NCBI GenBank assembly: GCA_051294375.1 | Contig: CM119264.1 | Location: forward strand, 21,952,681-22,016,680 | Source: Paraspadella gotoi | Lineage: Eukaryota; Animalia; Chaetognatha | DNA: 64,000 nt | Direction of reading: 5' to 3' | Part shown: positions 38,308 to 51,897 of the stretch, in pieces | Layout of the letters: every line of letters starts with the position of its first letter | How positions within the stretch are numbered: the stretch's first letter is position 1 | Made by a program: the position numbers and the translations under genes | The notes under the pieces: model-generated | Database searches by the model: none | What the model was told of the DNA's origin: nothing | What the model saw: the letters and a program-made list of their open reading frames with translations, nothing else

Positions 38308-41300
38308 GCAACTTTGTCGTCCTTGTTGTGCGTCCAATTCTCTCCGCCGAGGTTCGAGTCCGTTATCTCATTCAATTCAGGTCCGAGACCCGATGACCCC
38401 TTGACCTCGAAAACCTTAAGAGGCAATAGTTTAGTTCGCACCATCTTTGTTTCAGAAAATCTAATGGACGTCAGAGTATTGGTTTTATCGCGTAGCAATT
38501 TTTATTTCATTTTGGGATTTTCCACACTGAAACCAAAGTCAGCTCCATCTTGCAACTAAAAATAATGCTCAAGTGATGAAATGAAAAAAACCAATGCTGA
38601 AGTGACTCTAAAAACGAGACGCTGAGGTGTCAATGAAGTGATAAAGTGACGCTGAAGTGACGCTGACGAGACACGCCCCTCTCTTCCAACTCATCGCCGT
38701 TTCTTTTTTTTTCTTTTTGTTTTTTTTTCATTTCTTTTCTTTTTTTTTTCTCTCTCTTTTCTTTCCACGTCGCCCTCAATTTAGTTCCCCGCTTTTCCCC
38801 GAGACGTCGTAACTTGTCACGGTTTTTGTAAAATGAACGCGTGACGCAATCGATCACTCTCTCTCTCGTTCCGCCCTTCCTATTTCTCTTCAATTTCCTC
38901 CTTTGAAAATCTATCACAATCTATTTTTAGTCCTTTGTTTGTCATTTACCTCGCGCCCTTGTTTTCGATTGTTTGTCGTTTTGTTTACGTTTTCATTGCG
39001 TCGTCGTCGTCGAGACGAAAGAGTGGTGCGGGATTCATTGGCCTTGCCGGCCGTCGGTTTGCTGGGCGGCGGAGGGGCGGCGAAAGAGGCGGCGTCGCGG
39101 CGGCAAAGAGGGCCGAGCGATCGACGTTTTTATTTTCAATTTAGAGCAAAGAGAAAAGGGGGCGTGGAGACAGGCGTGCGACGTCGCAGTCGGGTTGGGG
39201 CTAACGATCGAAAAGGCGCCGCTCGAAATCGCGCCTGTGCGGGACGGACATAACTGGACAGTGGATCGAGTGAGTCCTTCTGATGAACGGGGCAGCTACA
39301 ACGACAATATTATGTAAATCGAGGTAGAGAAGCCAGACCGACTCCATTTAATTTTTAGTATGCGTATTGCGTAGTATTTAATATATTTAATCCTCGCGAT
39401 GTCTAAGTCGTTTTTTAATTACATCTCATTCTACAAAACGAAACCTGACCTATTTCCAGTAAGTCTGTATTCTGATTTGCTGAAAATCAAATAAATTCTT
39501 CGTAAATTGATACAGCTAATGTCTACTATGGTCGCAGCTGTTTATATATTTCTCTTGTAACATTTCTAGGTAACCACAAGTGCTACAAATGATGCAGCTA
39601 CTGAGCTAAAAATACTGATGTGCCGCATTTAGTACTGATATTCTTCCGCTGACAGATTCAACGAAGGTCATCGCCGCATCCACTGATATTTCTCTTCCGA
39701 CAGATGAAATCGTTTGGCGGGAAAATGAAATCGGCGCCGNNNNNNNNNNNNNNNNNNNNNNNNNNNNNNNNNNNNNNNNNNNNNNNNNNNNNNNNNNNNN
39801 NNNNNNNNNNNNNNNNNNNNNNNNNNNNNNNNNNNNNNNNNNNNNNNNNNNNNNNNNNNNNNNNNNNNNNNNNNNNNNNNNNNNNNNNNNNNNNNNNNNN
39901 NNNNNNNNNNNNNNNNNNNNNNNNNNNNNNNNNAGGAGAGGAGAACGAGATTTTATGTATGGATCGGCGGGTGTGTTTAAAGAGAGAATAGGAATGCGAT
40001 GGGGGAATGTGGTATAGATTCTACTTTTACCTCTAAGTGCCAACAACTTTTTAAATTTCAGTGATAGCTAATATATTCCTAAATTTAATATTAAACACGT
40101 ATGTATAATAGGTTTAAGCGAATTTTTGATATTAAAACTAAATTTAACATAGTAATTAAAACGCGTGGTCTTGCAATTTTCGTGGGAGAGTTAAGTTATT
40201 AAAACTGTGACCAATCGATTTTTGGAGTGATAATACTTCACTTATCAGGGCAGTAAAAAATAAAGAGTTGTTTTAAAAGGTAGGAAAAAAACCTAGAGAG
40301 GAAGCAAATGTAGTAAGAGACGCTTCGAGTCTTAAAGGAAAAAGGGAGAAAGAAAAATAACAAAGATGGGAAACAGATGGCCTTTGGCCAATGACTTGGA
40401 AGGTAATAGGGTCAATGGAATGGTGAGAGGATCATGAGGCAGAAGGCGATTTTGAAGAGAAAGNNNNNNNNNNNNNNNNNNNNNNNNNNNNNNNNNNNNN
40501 NNNNNNNNNNNNNNNNNNNNNNNNNNNNNNNNNNNNNNNNNNNNNNNNNNNNNNNNNNNNNNNNNNNNNNNNNNNNNNNNNNNNNNNNNNNNNNNNNNNN
40601 NNNNNNNNNNNNNNNNNNNNNNNNNNNNNNNNNNNNNNNNNNNNNNNNNNNNNNNNNNNNNNNNNNNNNNNNNNNNNNNNNNNNNNNNNNTGAGGTGAGA
40701 TTCGAGGTGGTAGTGATGAAAATCGTTGAAGGGGGAGAGAAGAAAAAAAAAATCGTAGAAAATGGAAAGAAGTGAAAGGAGGAAATTAAGGATTTTTAAT
40801 CAATGAGCGAAAAAAAAGGAAAGGAAAAGGATAGAAGGAAAGGACGTCACTAAAAAGCAATATTCGTGATAAATTAACCAGAGTCGGTGCAAACGTTAGG
40901 AAAACCAAAGCGTGGAAAATTTGAAAAGAGGCTATTAACTTACTTTGCGCGTGCTACGTCTTCGTCGTCGGCTTCATCCTCGGTGTCGCCGTGTTTACCT
41001 AAATCGTCAACCGCGTCGGAGTTCGTGTGTGTTGAATGGACGGGGATACATCGAGAGGACTCAATTATAAAAACATGCTTAAGTGAAAAAACTCTATTTT
41101 TAATAGGCTACATTGTATTTAATTTCAGTTTAATTTATCTTGTTTTACCTTTTGTTTTCTTTCACTACCTGTTGTACTTTTGTCGACGTTAATCATGCTT
41201 TTTTATTCAGTATTAACCAAAGCGACCTCTCGCGTGAAGAATTCGGACGGCGAAAATCGCGGAGGAAATCGGGGAGAAAAACGACGCGTGAACCTGGACG

Positions 41301-41689
41301 AACGACTTCCGGTGATTTTCACGAGACGTTGACACCGAAAATTCGCCACGCCTCCCTACGCAAACAGCGCCATCTACGCAATGTCTCTTACTGTTAAGTC
41401 ACGCGTCATCACCTTAATCTTGCTATCACTACCTGTCTTTTACTCGACAACCTCGCTGTCAAAGACTGTCAAATCACTCTTCGTTTCATAACTAAAATAC
41501 CAAAGCAACGCCACAGCTCCGCATTCTTAACACTATGGGTGTGGAGTGTGTTGAGTGTGTCGATCCCTCTTTCTTCGCCTCCCCTTCGCACACCCGTTCT
41601 CGGCGATCGTTCCCCCCATTTTTTCCTCACGCAAGTTCATTCGATCGCGAAAATGGGGAATCGAATTCAGCGAATCGGAGACGACGAAG

Positions 41690-41720
<31 letters not shown>

Positions 41721-42350
41721 CGACAACAACGACAACGCTGTCCTCAGTTTCTTTGTTTGTGAAATGAAAGATTTTAATTCAGATTTGGGATTAATCTTTT
41801 TCTCTCTTTAACTCTTAGACGGAGATTATGAGGAAGAGACATCGACGACTCTCACGTGAGAGTGAATATTTATCGTTTATATCGCACTCGATGTTAAGTA
41901 AATTACAAGCCTCAACTCAGCTGCTTTAGCTTCCCTCCCTCTCTCTCGGTCACTCACTTTTTGGTTTCCTCCATTTTGTCATCAAGTCTCCCTCTCCATC
42001 AAGCGTAAAGGCATTCGTGAAACGACAATTTTAGTCGATTTTAGTCGGTCGTTCGAATTTGGTCCTTTCAACAAAGACAGAATAAATAAAAACCGACCAT
42101 CATTTTTTATTTAATATTACTTTAACTTACATGTCATGCTACTTAATAAATTTAAACATTGCCGCCGCATCCCCTCCAAGTTCCAACCCTCTTCTTGTTT
42201 TTCGCGATTCCGCAATCTCATTTCTCCGCTCGTCTCTTTTTATTTCCCTTTTATTTTATTTCTCGACTCCCGTGGCCATCCCTTGCTCTTTTCTCTTTTT
42301 TTCTCCTTTTTTTCCCCCATCTTTTTTTTAAGCGTTTCTTATCTTTTTCT

Positions 42351-42482
42351 TTCATTCATTCATTCATTCATTCATTCATTCATTCATTCATTCATTCATT
42401 CATTCATTCATTTATTCATTCATTCATTCATTCATTCATTCATTCATTCATTCATTCATTCATTCATTCATTCATTCATTCA
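42351..42482. repeat. (TTCA)n microsatellite followed by (TTTC)n
   Basis: Read directly. Confidence 0.97.
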
Positions 42483-45001
42483 ATCTTTCTTTCTTTCTTT
42501 CTTTTTTCTTTCTTTCTTTCTTTCTTTCTTTATTTCTTTCTTTCCTTACTTTCCTTACTTTCCTTCTTTGCTTCTTTCCTTACTTTTTATTTTAGCCATC
42601 TAACCAATGCCATCACCCACAAGCCACCCTTCTCAAGACTTACCCTCAACCCTTCAATTCGACGTGCGATAAAATTTCCGCACGATTTACTCCCAGAAAT
42701 GAATGATGAACGCGGAGTCACGGCGGNNNNNNNNNNNNNNNNNNNNNNNNNNNNNNNNNNNNNNNNNNNNNNNNNNNNNNNNNNNNNNNNNNNNNNNNNN
42801 NNNNNNNNNNNNNNNNNNNNNNNNNNNNNNNNNNNNNNNNNNNNNNNNNNNNNNNNNNNNNNNNNNNNNNNNNNNNNNNNNNNNNNNNNNNNNNNNNNNN
42901 NNNNNNNNNNNNNNNNNNNNNNNNNNNNNNNNNNNNNNNNNNNNNNNNNNNNNNNNNNNNNNNNNNNNNNNNNNNNNNNNNNNNNNNNNNNNNNNNNNNN
43001 NNNNNNNNNNNNNNNNNNNNNNNNNNNNNNNNNNNNNNNNNNNNNNNNNNNNNNNNNNNNNNNNNNNNNNNNNNNNNNNNNNNNNNNNNNNNNNNNNNNN
43101 NNNNNNNNNNNNNNNNNNNNNNNNNNNNNNNNNTCTTTACCATCACAAAGCCGAGATTGCTACGGTTTCTCATCTTTTTCCTTTCCACCTTTGCAGCCTT
43201 TATCTTCTCATCCTTTATTACTTCTCCCCTTTATTTTCTCTCTATTCGCCCCACTGTCCTTCTCCCTTTTCCCTTCTCCCGTCCCCCACATTTTTTTCAT
43301 TACCTTTTTTTTTCCTTCTTTTCCAATTTTTTTTTCTTCCTTCCCTATTCGTTTTCTTTCCTCTATTCTCCCCTTTTTTTCAGCCGCCATTTTTCAATTC
43401 GTGTTTTCCTTCCTTTTATTTTCTTCTTTATCCTCCTTTGCCAAGCGAGACGCCAAGGTTGAGGGGGGAGGGAAAGGAGCAAAAATAAAAAGCCGGGGAT
43501 AAGAAATTGTTTACGCTGATTGCTTCTGTTTGTGGCGATTCCTAGATCCTCTCGAATGAAATCGGGTTTTGTTATTTCTGGACACAATAATTCACATATC
43601 GGGTTGATCTCTTGTTTGCGGTTTTGCACAAGCAGAGTTTCTTTTCGAAGCCGTTTCGCTTTAACGTTATTATTATCAGTGAGAGAATTGTTGCTTGTTC
43701 TCAAGTTGTCGCTGACCAGCATCTGAGGTTTCTCCTTTAACGAATTGTTTCAACATTGAGTCGCCAAGGAAAAGTTGTAAGAAAGTTTAATTCGTAGTAG
43801 AGAAACTCTTAAAAACGGTGGTTCTCCAGTAGAGACTAGATTCTTATATATATCGTAAATAGTAAATTTTCTCCTCGAAACGAAATCCTATCTTGAATGT
43901 TTTTCGTTACAATGACTTTAAGTTTAAAGTAAAGTAGCATATCCGATTATATCGAAGCACAAAAGTAAAATACATCTTTTTTATGTTACCTTACTTGATA
44001 ATTAACTTACCCTAACGTTTTTCGTATTCCCTTTCACGGTTGTTGCACAGAGATTCAGCGTTGAATTTTTGAAAGAGATGTTGCATAATTAAAGCCGAAG
44101 ACAGGTGCCAAGTCGATGCCCAAGACGGTGCCACGCCCTAGCGTCATCGGCGGCGTCGGTTTTCATATTTCATCTTCGCCGAATCCTCACCGATCACTCT
44201 TTTCCCTTTAAGGATGAAGAATCTCGAACCTCGAGGTTTTTTTCCCACTCTTTCTTTTAAAACGAACTGCGTGAACTTTGAGAACTTTGTGAACCTTGTG
44301 AACGTTGCCCGTGGGCCTCGTTTAAATCCCGGGCCGAGACATCGGTGTCGGTAGAGGGGGTGTAGGGGGAAGAAGGGAAGATTGGGAAAACGAGGTGGGC
44401 GGGGGAATCGAGATGCGAGAGGGGAGAGAGAGAGAGAGAGAGAGGGAGACAAAGAGAAATTGGTACCTTGGTGGAACATTACAAAGAGAGATGATATAGA
44501 TGATAGTCAGCAGATGTTAAACTAACAAATATAAATATATAAATATATATAAATTTAGACAACAATGAGGAAGGTGGGTGAGCAAAATAGAGGAAGAAGG
44601 ATAAATATCTAAGGAGGAAAGTGGAAGCGGAATGGAATGATGAAGGGACTGAGGGACGGAGGGAAGTCGGACGCGCGGACTCGTCTTTTCTCCGTCGGCG
44701 TCGCGACATTACAGAGTCTTTTGTTTCCTTTGCCTTCATCTTTCCCCAAAGACGATGAAGAGGAAGAAGATCAACGAAAAAACTTTGAAAAAAAAAAATC
44801 CGAAAAGAGAAAATGGAAGAAAAAAAAGAGAAAAAAAAGGAAACGGAAAAAAACGAAAAAAACAAACAAAAAAAACGGATCTTATTTTTTTCCCTCTTTT
44901 TTCATCTCGTTCGTTGCCGATCGCCCTTTATTTTTAAATCTTTAAATTAAACTCTTTATTTTAAAATACTTATTAATCTTGCATTCCCCCCCCCGCAGAT
45001 A

Positions 45002-45735
45002 ATGCTATCCGTAATGACTACGCTCTTCTGCCGCGCCATCCTGCTGGCGCTGCTGATTTCCGAATGCGACCAGAGCCGCTTCTCATTTTCGGCGCCGCGT
45101 ATGGCGAACGACGCCGCCGTCGAAGGAAGAGACGCCTTCGGGACTTGGCGAGTATCGTCGAGCGTCTCCGGTGTCGTCGCCACTTCCGGTCACGCCGTCG
45201 CGTCTTTGAAAGCCGAGCGTGGAATCGAGTCGGCGTCAAAGTCGGCGACGAAAGGCGTCGCTTACGTCGCTTCTACATCGTCTTCATCGTCATCGTCGTC
45301 GGCGTCATCTTTGTCATCATACTCTTCGCCATCATCACCGTCGTCGTCGCGTCAAAATAGACCAGAAGTAAACCATGAACCGTTTAGAGAGAAGCACGAA
45401 AAACTATCGCTTCAACAAAAACAGCAACACCTGTGGCGGAGGCGTCGAAACTTATCTTCGTTGGATGTTTTAAATTCCACCAGAACAACGACAATAACAA
45501 CAAAAACATCTAAATCACCAACGGAGACGTCCACGAGGATTAAAGAAACGACGTGGGGCGTGTCCGTGACGCCGCCGCCGCCAGCGCCATCTATGACTAC
45601 AGCGTCACCTCCGTCGACTACGCCCAAAGCGACATCTACGTCGAAATTGGCGGGAACCGATCAGAGTTCGCGTCATCTTTTCATTTTTGACGAATCAAAG
45701 ATCAGAGGGAGAAACGAATCAGCGAGCGGTGGTGG
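45002..45735 (+). CDS. First coding exon (3' end in gap) of a secreted or cell-surface protein: signal peptide, Ser/Thr/Pro-rich mucin-like region, polybasic site
   Basis: 244 open codons without a long microsatellite tract. The ATG follows a pyrimidine tract and CAG acceptor (CATTCCCCCCCCCGCAG|ATAATG). Hydrophobic N-terminus MLSVMTTLFCRAILLALLISEC; WRRRR|NLSS; sequons NLS, NST and NES; T/S/P-rich stretch. Confidence 0.7.
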
Positions 45736-46161
45736 NNNNNNNNNNNNNNNNNNNNNNNNNNNNNNNNNNNNNNNNNNNNNNNNNNNNNNNNNNNNNNNNN
45801 NNNNNNNNNNNNNNNNNNNNNNNNNNNNNNNNNNNNNNNNNNNNNNNNNNNNNNNNNNNNNNNNNNNNNNNNNNNNNNNNNNNNNNNNNNNNNNNNNNNN
45901 NNNNNNNNNNNNNNNNNNNNNNNNNNNNNNNNNNNNNNNNNNNNNNNNNNNNNNNNNNNNNNNNNNNNNNNNNNNNNNNNNNNNNNNNNNNNNNNNNNNN
46001 NNNNNNNNNNNNNNNNNNNNNNNNNNNNNNNNNNNNNNNNNNNNNNNNNNNNNNNNNNNNNNNNNNNNNNNNNNNNNNNNNNNNNNNNNNNNNNNNNNNN
46101 NNNNNNNNNNNNNNNNNNNNNNNNNNNNNNNNNNNNNNNNNNNNNNNNNNNNNNNNNNNGC

Positions 46162-46423
46162 GCCGACCTGACCCGCCTCGACCCGCTGCCCACAGTCCCT
46201 TCCTCCCACTACGTGACCGTGGAGACGAGGCCACACCGCCACCCGGATGTGGAGCGGGTCAAGGCCATCCTCGGCCTCGAGGACCTCGACGACGAGTCCG
46301 AGCCCGAGCCAGGTGGGCTGGAAGGAGCCGTTATGGTCCTCAACTGCCTCGACGCGCTCAGGGTCTGTCGCATCGGCGGAGACTGTGACCTCGCCTTTCA
46401 CATCGTCGTCAGAGCCTGCAGTC
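46162..46423 (+). CDS. Gap-bounded coding fragment with the N-terminal half of a GDNF-receptor-alpha/GAS1 cysteine-rich domain (GFRalpha-like or Gas1-like)
   Basis: Frame ADLTRLDPLP...GAVMVLNCLDALRVCRIGGDCDLAFHIVVRACS is fully open with strongly G/C-ending codons. Spacing C-x6-C-x5-C-x10-C and NCLDA match GFRalpha1 domain 2 as I recall it (NCLDAAKACNLDDICKKYRSAYITPC). Confidence 0.8.
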
Positions 46424-47985
46424 NNNNNNNNNNNNNNNNNNNNNNNNNNNNNNNNNNNNNNNNNNNNNNNNNNNNNNNNNNNNNNNNNNNNNNNNNNNNN
46501 NNNNNNNNNNNNNNNNNNNNNNNNNNNNNNNNNNNNNNNNNNNNNNNNNNNNNNNNNNNNNNNNNNNNNNNNNNNNNNNNNNNNNNNNNNNNNCCAACGT
46601 CGAGGAAAAAAAAGAGAATAAAGAAAAAGATGAAAAAAATAGGAAAAAGAAAATAAAAATAAAACGGAGAAGAAAAAGACAAAAATGAAAAAAAGTAGAC
46701 CAAAAAGTTGTTAAAAGAACTCGTTTACTTTTTTTGTTAATGTTTAACGCAATCCAAACAGAAATTTTATGAAACGTTATTCGTTGGGAGAAACCGCTAA
46801 ATCTGGAAAGTTGGAATCACTCTCTCTCTCTCTCTCTCTCTCTCNNNNNNNNNNNNNNNNNNNNNNNNNNNNNNNNNNNNNNNNNNNNNNNNNNNNNNNN
46901 NNNNNNNNNNNNNNNNNNNNNNNNNNNNNNNNNNNNNNNNNNNNNNNNNNNNNNNNNNNNNNNNNNNNNNNNNNNNNNNNNNNNNNNNNNNNNNNNNNNN
47001 NNNNNNNNNNNNNNNNNNNNNNNNNNNNNNNNNNNNNNNNNNNNNNNNNNNNNNNNNCCCTTTTTTAACCTCCTCTCTTTTTTCTTGGCACATCTCGTTT
47101 TTTATCTTTTCCCTTCGATCATTATTTTTCCTCGTCCGGCCTTCCGGTTATCCGACCGCTGCGACCGGTCACTTTCCGACAGCCGGTCACCGGCCATCGT
47201 CGGCCACCGGTCACCGGCCATGGCCGGCATCAGCCCGACATTAACAATAAAATCATTGAACTGTTTTGGCCAAAGACACATAATCTTTTCCCGCGGGAGA
47301 ATTAAGGAATAAGGGATGGTGGACTCAAGTCATTGGGGAAGTGGGGGAGGGGGTTCAGAGAATCGATCCGTTGCTAAAGGGATTATTTTTCATACACAGT
47401 ATAGGTTAAAAGAGCGTACTCTAGTGTAGTGCGTCTAGGCTTAAGATCAGCTACTAACCGTACGAAAATGATGGCGTAACGATTTTGACATGGGAAGGTG
47501 TCCGCCTCGCCAGTTTTCCCTTTATTCTCATGGTAATGTGACTCTTTTACGCCGTCGTGTTTACGTAATTTGGCTCACAGGTTTTCAGGGCCATTGATAC
47601 GCAAAGCCGACTACCTTCTTGCTATTGAGGCTTTTCGTTAAACCTCGAGAGGCGGGTAAGAAATTTTGTTAAGAGGCTGGACTAATTCTAAGGTAGGAGG
47701 CCTAAAGAAAATTATTTAATGAGTGGACTCAGTCTCGGGTGAGGTAAATACGAGGTAAGAAGAAGTGTTTCCAGTCTTTGTCCTAAAAGATTTAAATAAA
47801 CTTGATATTGAACCATATAAAAAATGTCATTCCAATCTGATATCGATGAAAAAAGTTTGGAGCTCATGCATCGCAACTGCTTTCCACTTCCATTCCTTGT
47901 TTACCTCATTTCGCGCGGGGATTTGAGAGGAATCTTTGATAAAGTAGACTCGATCAAAACTGTCAATATTTGTGAGGATTCAGTT

Positions 47986-48034
<49 letters not shown>

Positions 48035-48412
48035 GAAATTAGTTGCATAATGTTTGTTCGTTTTGGTTAAAAATCGTTTACATTTTCGTTCCTCCATCTT
48101 TTTATAAAACGGAAAATCTACGTACATATAAACAAAATCCGTTTATTTATATATTATTTATTGATTTGTTGTTATCATTGTTGTCGTCATGATTTTCATA
48201 ATCCTCGTCCTCGTCGTCGTCATCGTCGTCGTCGTCATCGTTATCGTCGTCGTCCTCTTCAAGAAAATTGGCAGTGGTTCATTTCAGTTTCGATCCCAAA
48301 GAATCAATCAGACTTAATTTTGACATAAACGAAGGAAATGAAATCCAGGAGGAGATGAAAATTACCCAATTTTCCCTCGGGGAACTTTTCTCTTTTTTAT
48401 CCGGCAGTTCAA

Positions 48413-48463
<51 letters not shown>

Positions 48464-48739
48464 AGAACGTTGTTCTCCTCATTGTTCGCGGTATGGAACA
48501 AATTACCTGTCGACCGCAAAAAACGAATTTGTCTTCGTCCGTCGATTGCGTCGTCGGTACAACTGCAATCTGGAAAGCAAGGAGACCGCATGGGGGAAAA
48601 AGCTGGCACCATAAGTGGAGTAACCTTTGGGAATGTCATTGGCACGACCGTTGCCAACTTTATCCATGGTCGCTTTCGAATCAAAATTCGCTTTTCCGCA
48701 CCATAAAACACGCTNNNNNNNNNNNNNNNNNNNNNNNNN

Positions 48740-49955
48740 CCTTTGCTTTTAAGCATTTTTTAACTTGCATTCATTTTTTCAACTTGCATCATTTTTTCAA
48801 CTTGCATACAATTTTTCAACTTGCATTCCGTCATAAACTTTAATCTAGCTTCTTCCACTCACTTTCCTACCGGCTCACAAAATTTCATCTCAATCTATCA
48901 TGGGTTAAATATAAATAAAAAGATTCAAGTAAATGTGACTCTATTTTTCATTTAAACTCATTCACTGCTACTTATCCACTGAATTTATATCAAGCTTCGT
49001 GCATACGTTTCCTACCAACACACAAAAATTTCAAACTCAATCTATCCATCCCAATTATTGATTAATGCGAGTTATTTATTGTTAAAATAAGTAAAAAGAT
49101 TTTAGTAATTCGACTTTATGTTTTTTCCATTTAAACTAATTTCCACATCACACGATTCCATCGAAAATTTTATAATCCAGCTTTATCACACACTTTCTAC
49201 CACACACAAAATTTATCCAATCGCAACCAGCCAATCACGAGTTATTGGAGCTTTTTTGCTAAGATGGGACGGATGGACCGGATTGATTGACTAATAATTA
49301 TGATAATCTTTTACTAATGATTAATTAACTGATTAATTATTTGATTTTAATAAATTCCTTGCAGATGACATTTTATATAAAAGGAAAAAGAAGGCATAAA
49401 TCATAAGTTAAAACAGGTTTTTTGTTTTTTTTCCATTTAAACTCATTCCACTCAAACTATTCCATCGCGAACTTGATTTCCTGTTCAATCACACACTTTC
49501 CTACCCACATACACATTCCAGGTCAATCACCCATCACTCATGAGCAATTGCGTGTTCAATAGTGAATATATTTTTTTGTTTTTTCCATTTAAAACTCATT
49601 ATCCACTCGGACTTCCATCCGAACTTAAATATCCAGCTCAATTCACACACTTACCTTATCCACACACAAAATTTCATTAAATCCATTCCATCCAATCACG
49701 AGTAATTGGTGTTTTTTGCCTTAAGGTGGGACGGACGGACGGACGGACGTACGCGACTGACAGACAGACGGACGGACGGACATTCATTTTTTTGCATAAT
49801 TATATCATAATTCGCATGTTCTGACATGCTTATAAGTGTTGCCCGACAATATGAGGATGTAGGGGGCCAGGCGGAACCGACGGACCGAAAAAAGTGAGTT
49901 ATAAAAGTGAGTTATAGAGTCGGGATCTGCTGATAAGCCAGGATCGACTAAAAAA
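48740..49955 (-). mobile_element. DINE-1/HINE-like element with about 5 copies of the internal block and a complete terminal hairpin
   Basis: 21-bp array at 48755-48830; repeated TTTTCCATTTAAACTCATTTCCAC...CACACAAAATTTCAT block; (GGAC/GACA)n at 49728-49780; ends AGTCGGGATCTGCTGATAAGCCAGGATCGACT-AAAAAA. Confidence 0.75.
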
Positions 49956-50651
49956 CTATTAAGATCCTAAGAAAAAAGTACTAAGATCGAATAAAGAAAA
50001 AATAATAAGAGGAAAGAGAGAGAGAGGAAGATACAGTTTAAATAACATTGTGAGTTCTTAAATGAGGAGGAAAAACTAATAACGAGATGGAGGTGAGACT
50101 TGACAGAGAAAGAAAAGAAAAAAAGAGAGAGAGGAGAAGCGAGATGAGAGAGAAGAGAGTGAGAGAGGAGAGAGAGAGAGACGAGAGATGGAGAAGAGAG
50201 AGAGAGACCGCATATTCTTCCATCTCTGTCCCCCCTTATCTTGCCTTTTGTAATCACAGTCGAGAATGAGCGCATGTTAATGAAGATAGAAAAGGGGATA
50301 GAAAGGGGAGGATGAAGGCAAAGAAGCTAAAAAGGATAGACGTAGAGATAAGAGATAGAACTTCAGAGAAACAAATTGTCGTGAGGTGAGGAAGCTTAAA
50401 AAAACTAGCAGTGCACGATTAGAAATAGAAAGGATCTGAAGATCTATTCGTGAGAAATCCTCACGCAGTTCTATATTAATGCGTTTTGGCGCAATTAGTC
50501 TTCTACTGGTCGTCGCCGTCGTCCTTGTCATCAGTCCTGTGTCGGTCGTTCGGGTCGTCGCTGGACAACCGATTTCGAGAAATCGTTCATGATCGATCGT
50601 TTCTCGCTTCACGCGATCGAAGAGGCGCCTTCTTCGAGAACAGTTGAAACA

Positions 50652-50716
<65 letters not shown>

Positions 50717-50920
50717 GGCGGGCAGGCGTTGCAGGAGGAAATTCTTCTCCCTTGAATTTGTCGGAATCGTGTGGGTCATTTGCGAAGAATTTTTAGTTTT
50801 ACTCCTTTCAGTTTCTTTTTTCCTCCTTTTTTCAAACGGCCTTCTCAAACAATGACAAAAGCTTCGCTCGCTTCTTACTTGCCCCTTTGGGGTAATTTCT
50901 CTCCTCTCTCTCTCTCTCTC

Positions 50921-50960
<40 letters not shown>

Positions 50961-51854
50961 TCTCTCGTCTCTCTCTCTCTTTATCGAAATTATTGCATAA
51001 TGTTTGTTCGTATTGGTTAAAATCGTTTACGATTTCGTTCCTCCATCTTTTTATAAACGGAAATCTAGTACATATAAACAAATCCGTTTATTTATATATT
51101 TTTTAGTGATTGGCTTGTTATCATTGTTGTCGTCACTCGACTTACATTCATAATCCTCGTTGCCTCGTCGTCGTCAATCGTCGTCGTCGTCATGTCGGTG
51201 TTATCGTCGTCTCCTCTTCAAGAAATTGGCAGTGGTTCTCATTTCAGGTTTCGGGATCCCAAAGAAATCAAAAAAGACTTAAAATTTTTGGAAGACAAAT
51301 AAACGAAGGGAGAATGAAAAATCCATGGGAGGAGATGAAAATTAACCTCAATTTTCCCCTCGGGGAACTTTTCCTTTTTTATATCCGGCAGTCCACCAAC
51401 GGTTCCTCTCTCTCTCCTCCCTCTCTCTCCTCCTCTCACTCTCTCTCTTCTTCGCTTCTTCTTCCTCTCCGTCGATCATAATAATTAAATTACTCAGACT
51501 CTTTCCTCTCTCCCCGTACGCACAGCCGTAAGAACCCGACACCGGAGCCACAGGCGGGGAAGCGGCGGGGGCTGCCGACCGACTCACTCCACACATTACG
51601 TTCTACTCTCTCTTCGTTCTTTCAAAACTCTATCAATTGTTCTGCATACACTCCATCCATTCAAAAAACTTCGTCTTCTTTCCTTTCTCATACTTTACTA
51701 TCTTTAACTTTTCTTTCCTCTCCTTCCTTCCTCTCCTAATCTATGACTGTTTTACTTCTTCCCTTCTTTCTCTATCACTTTTTCTTCTTTCTTTTCGCTT
51801 CATTTCTTCTCTTCTCCTTTTCCCGGGTTTTTCTTCCCGCTCGGATCAGGTGAT

Positions 51855-51897
<43 letters not shown>

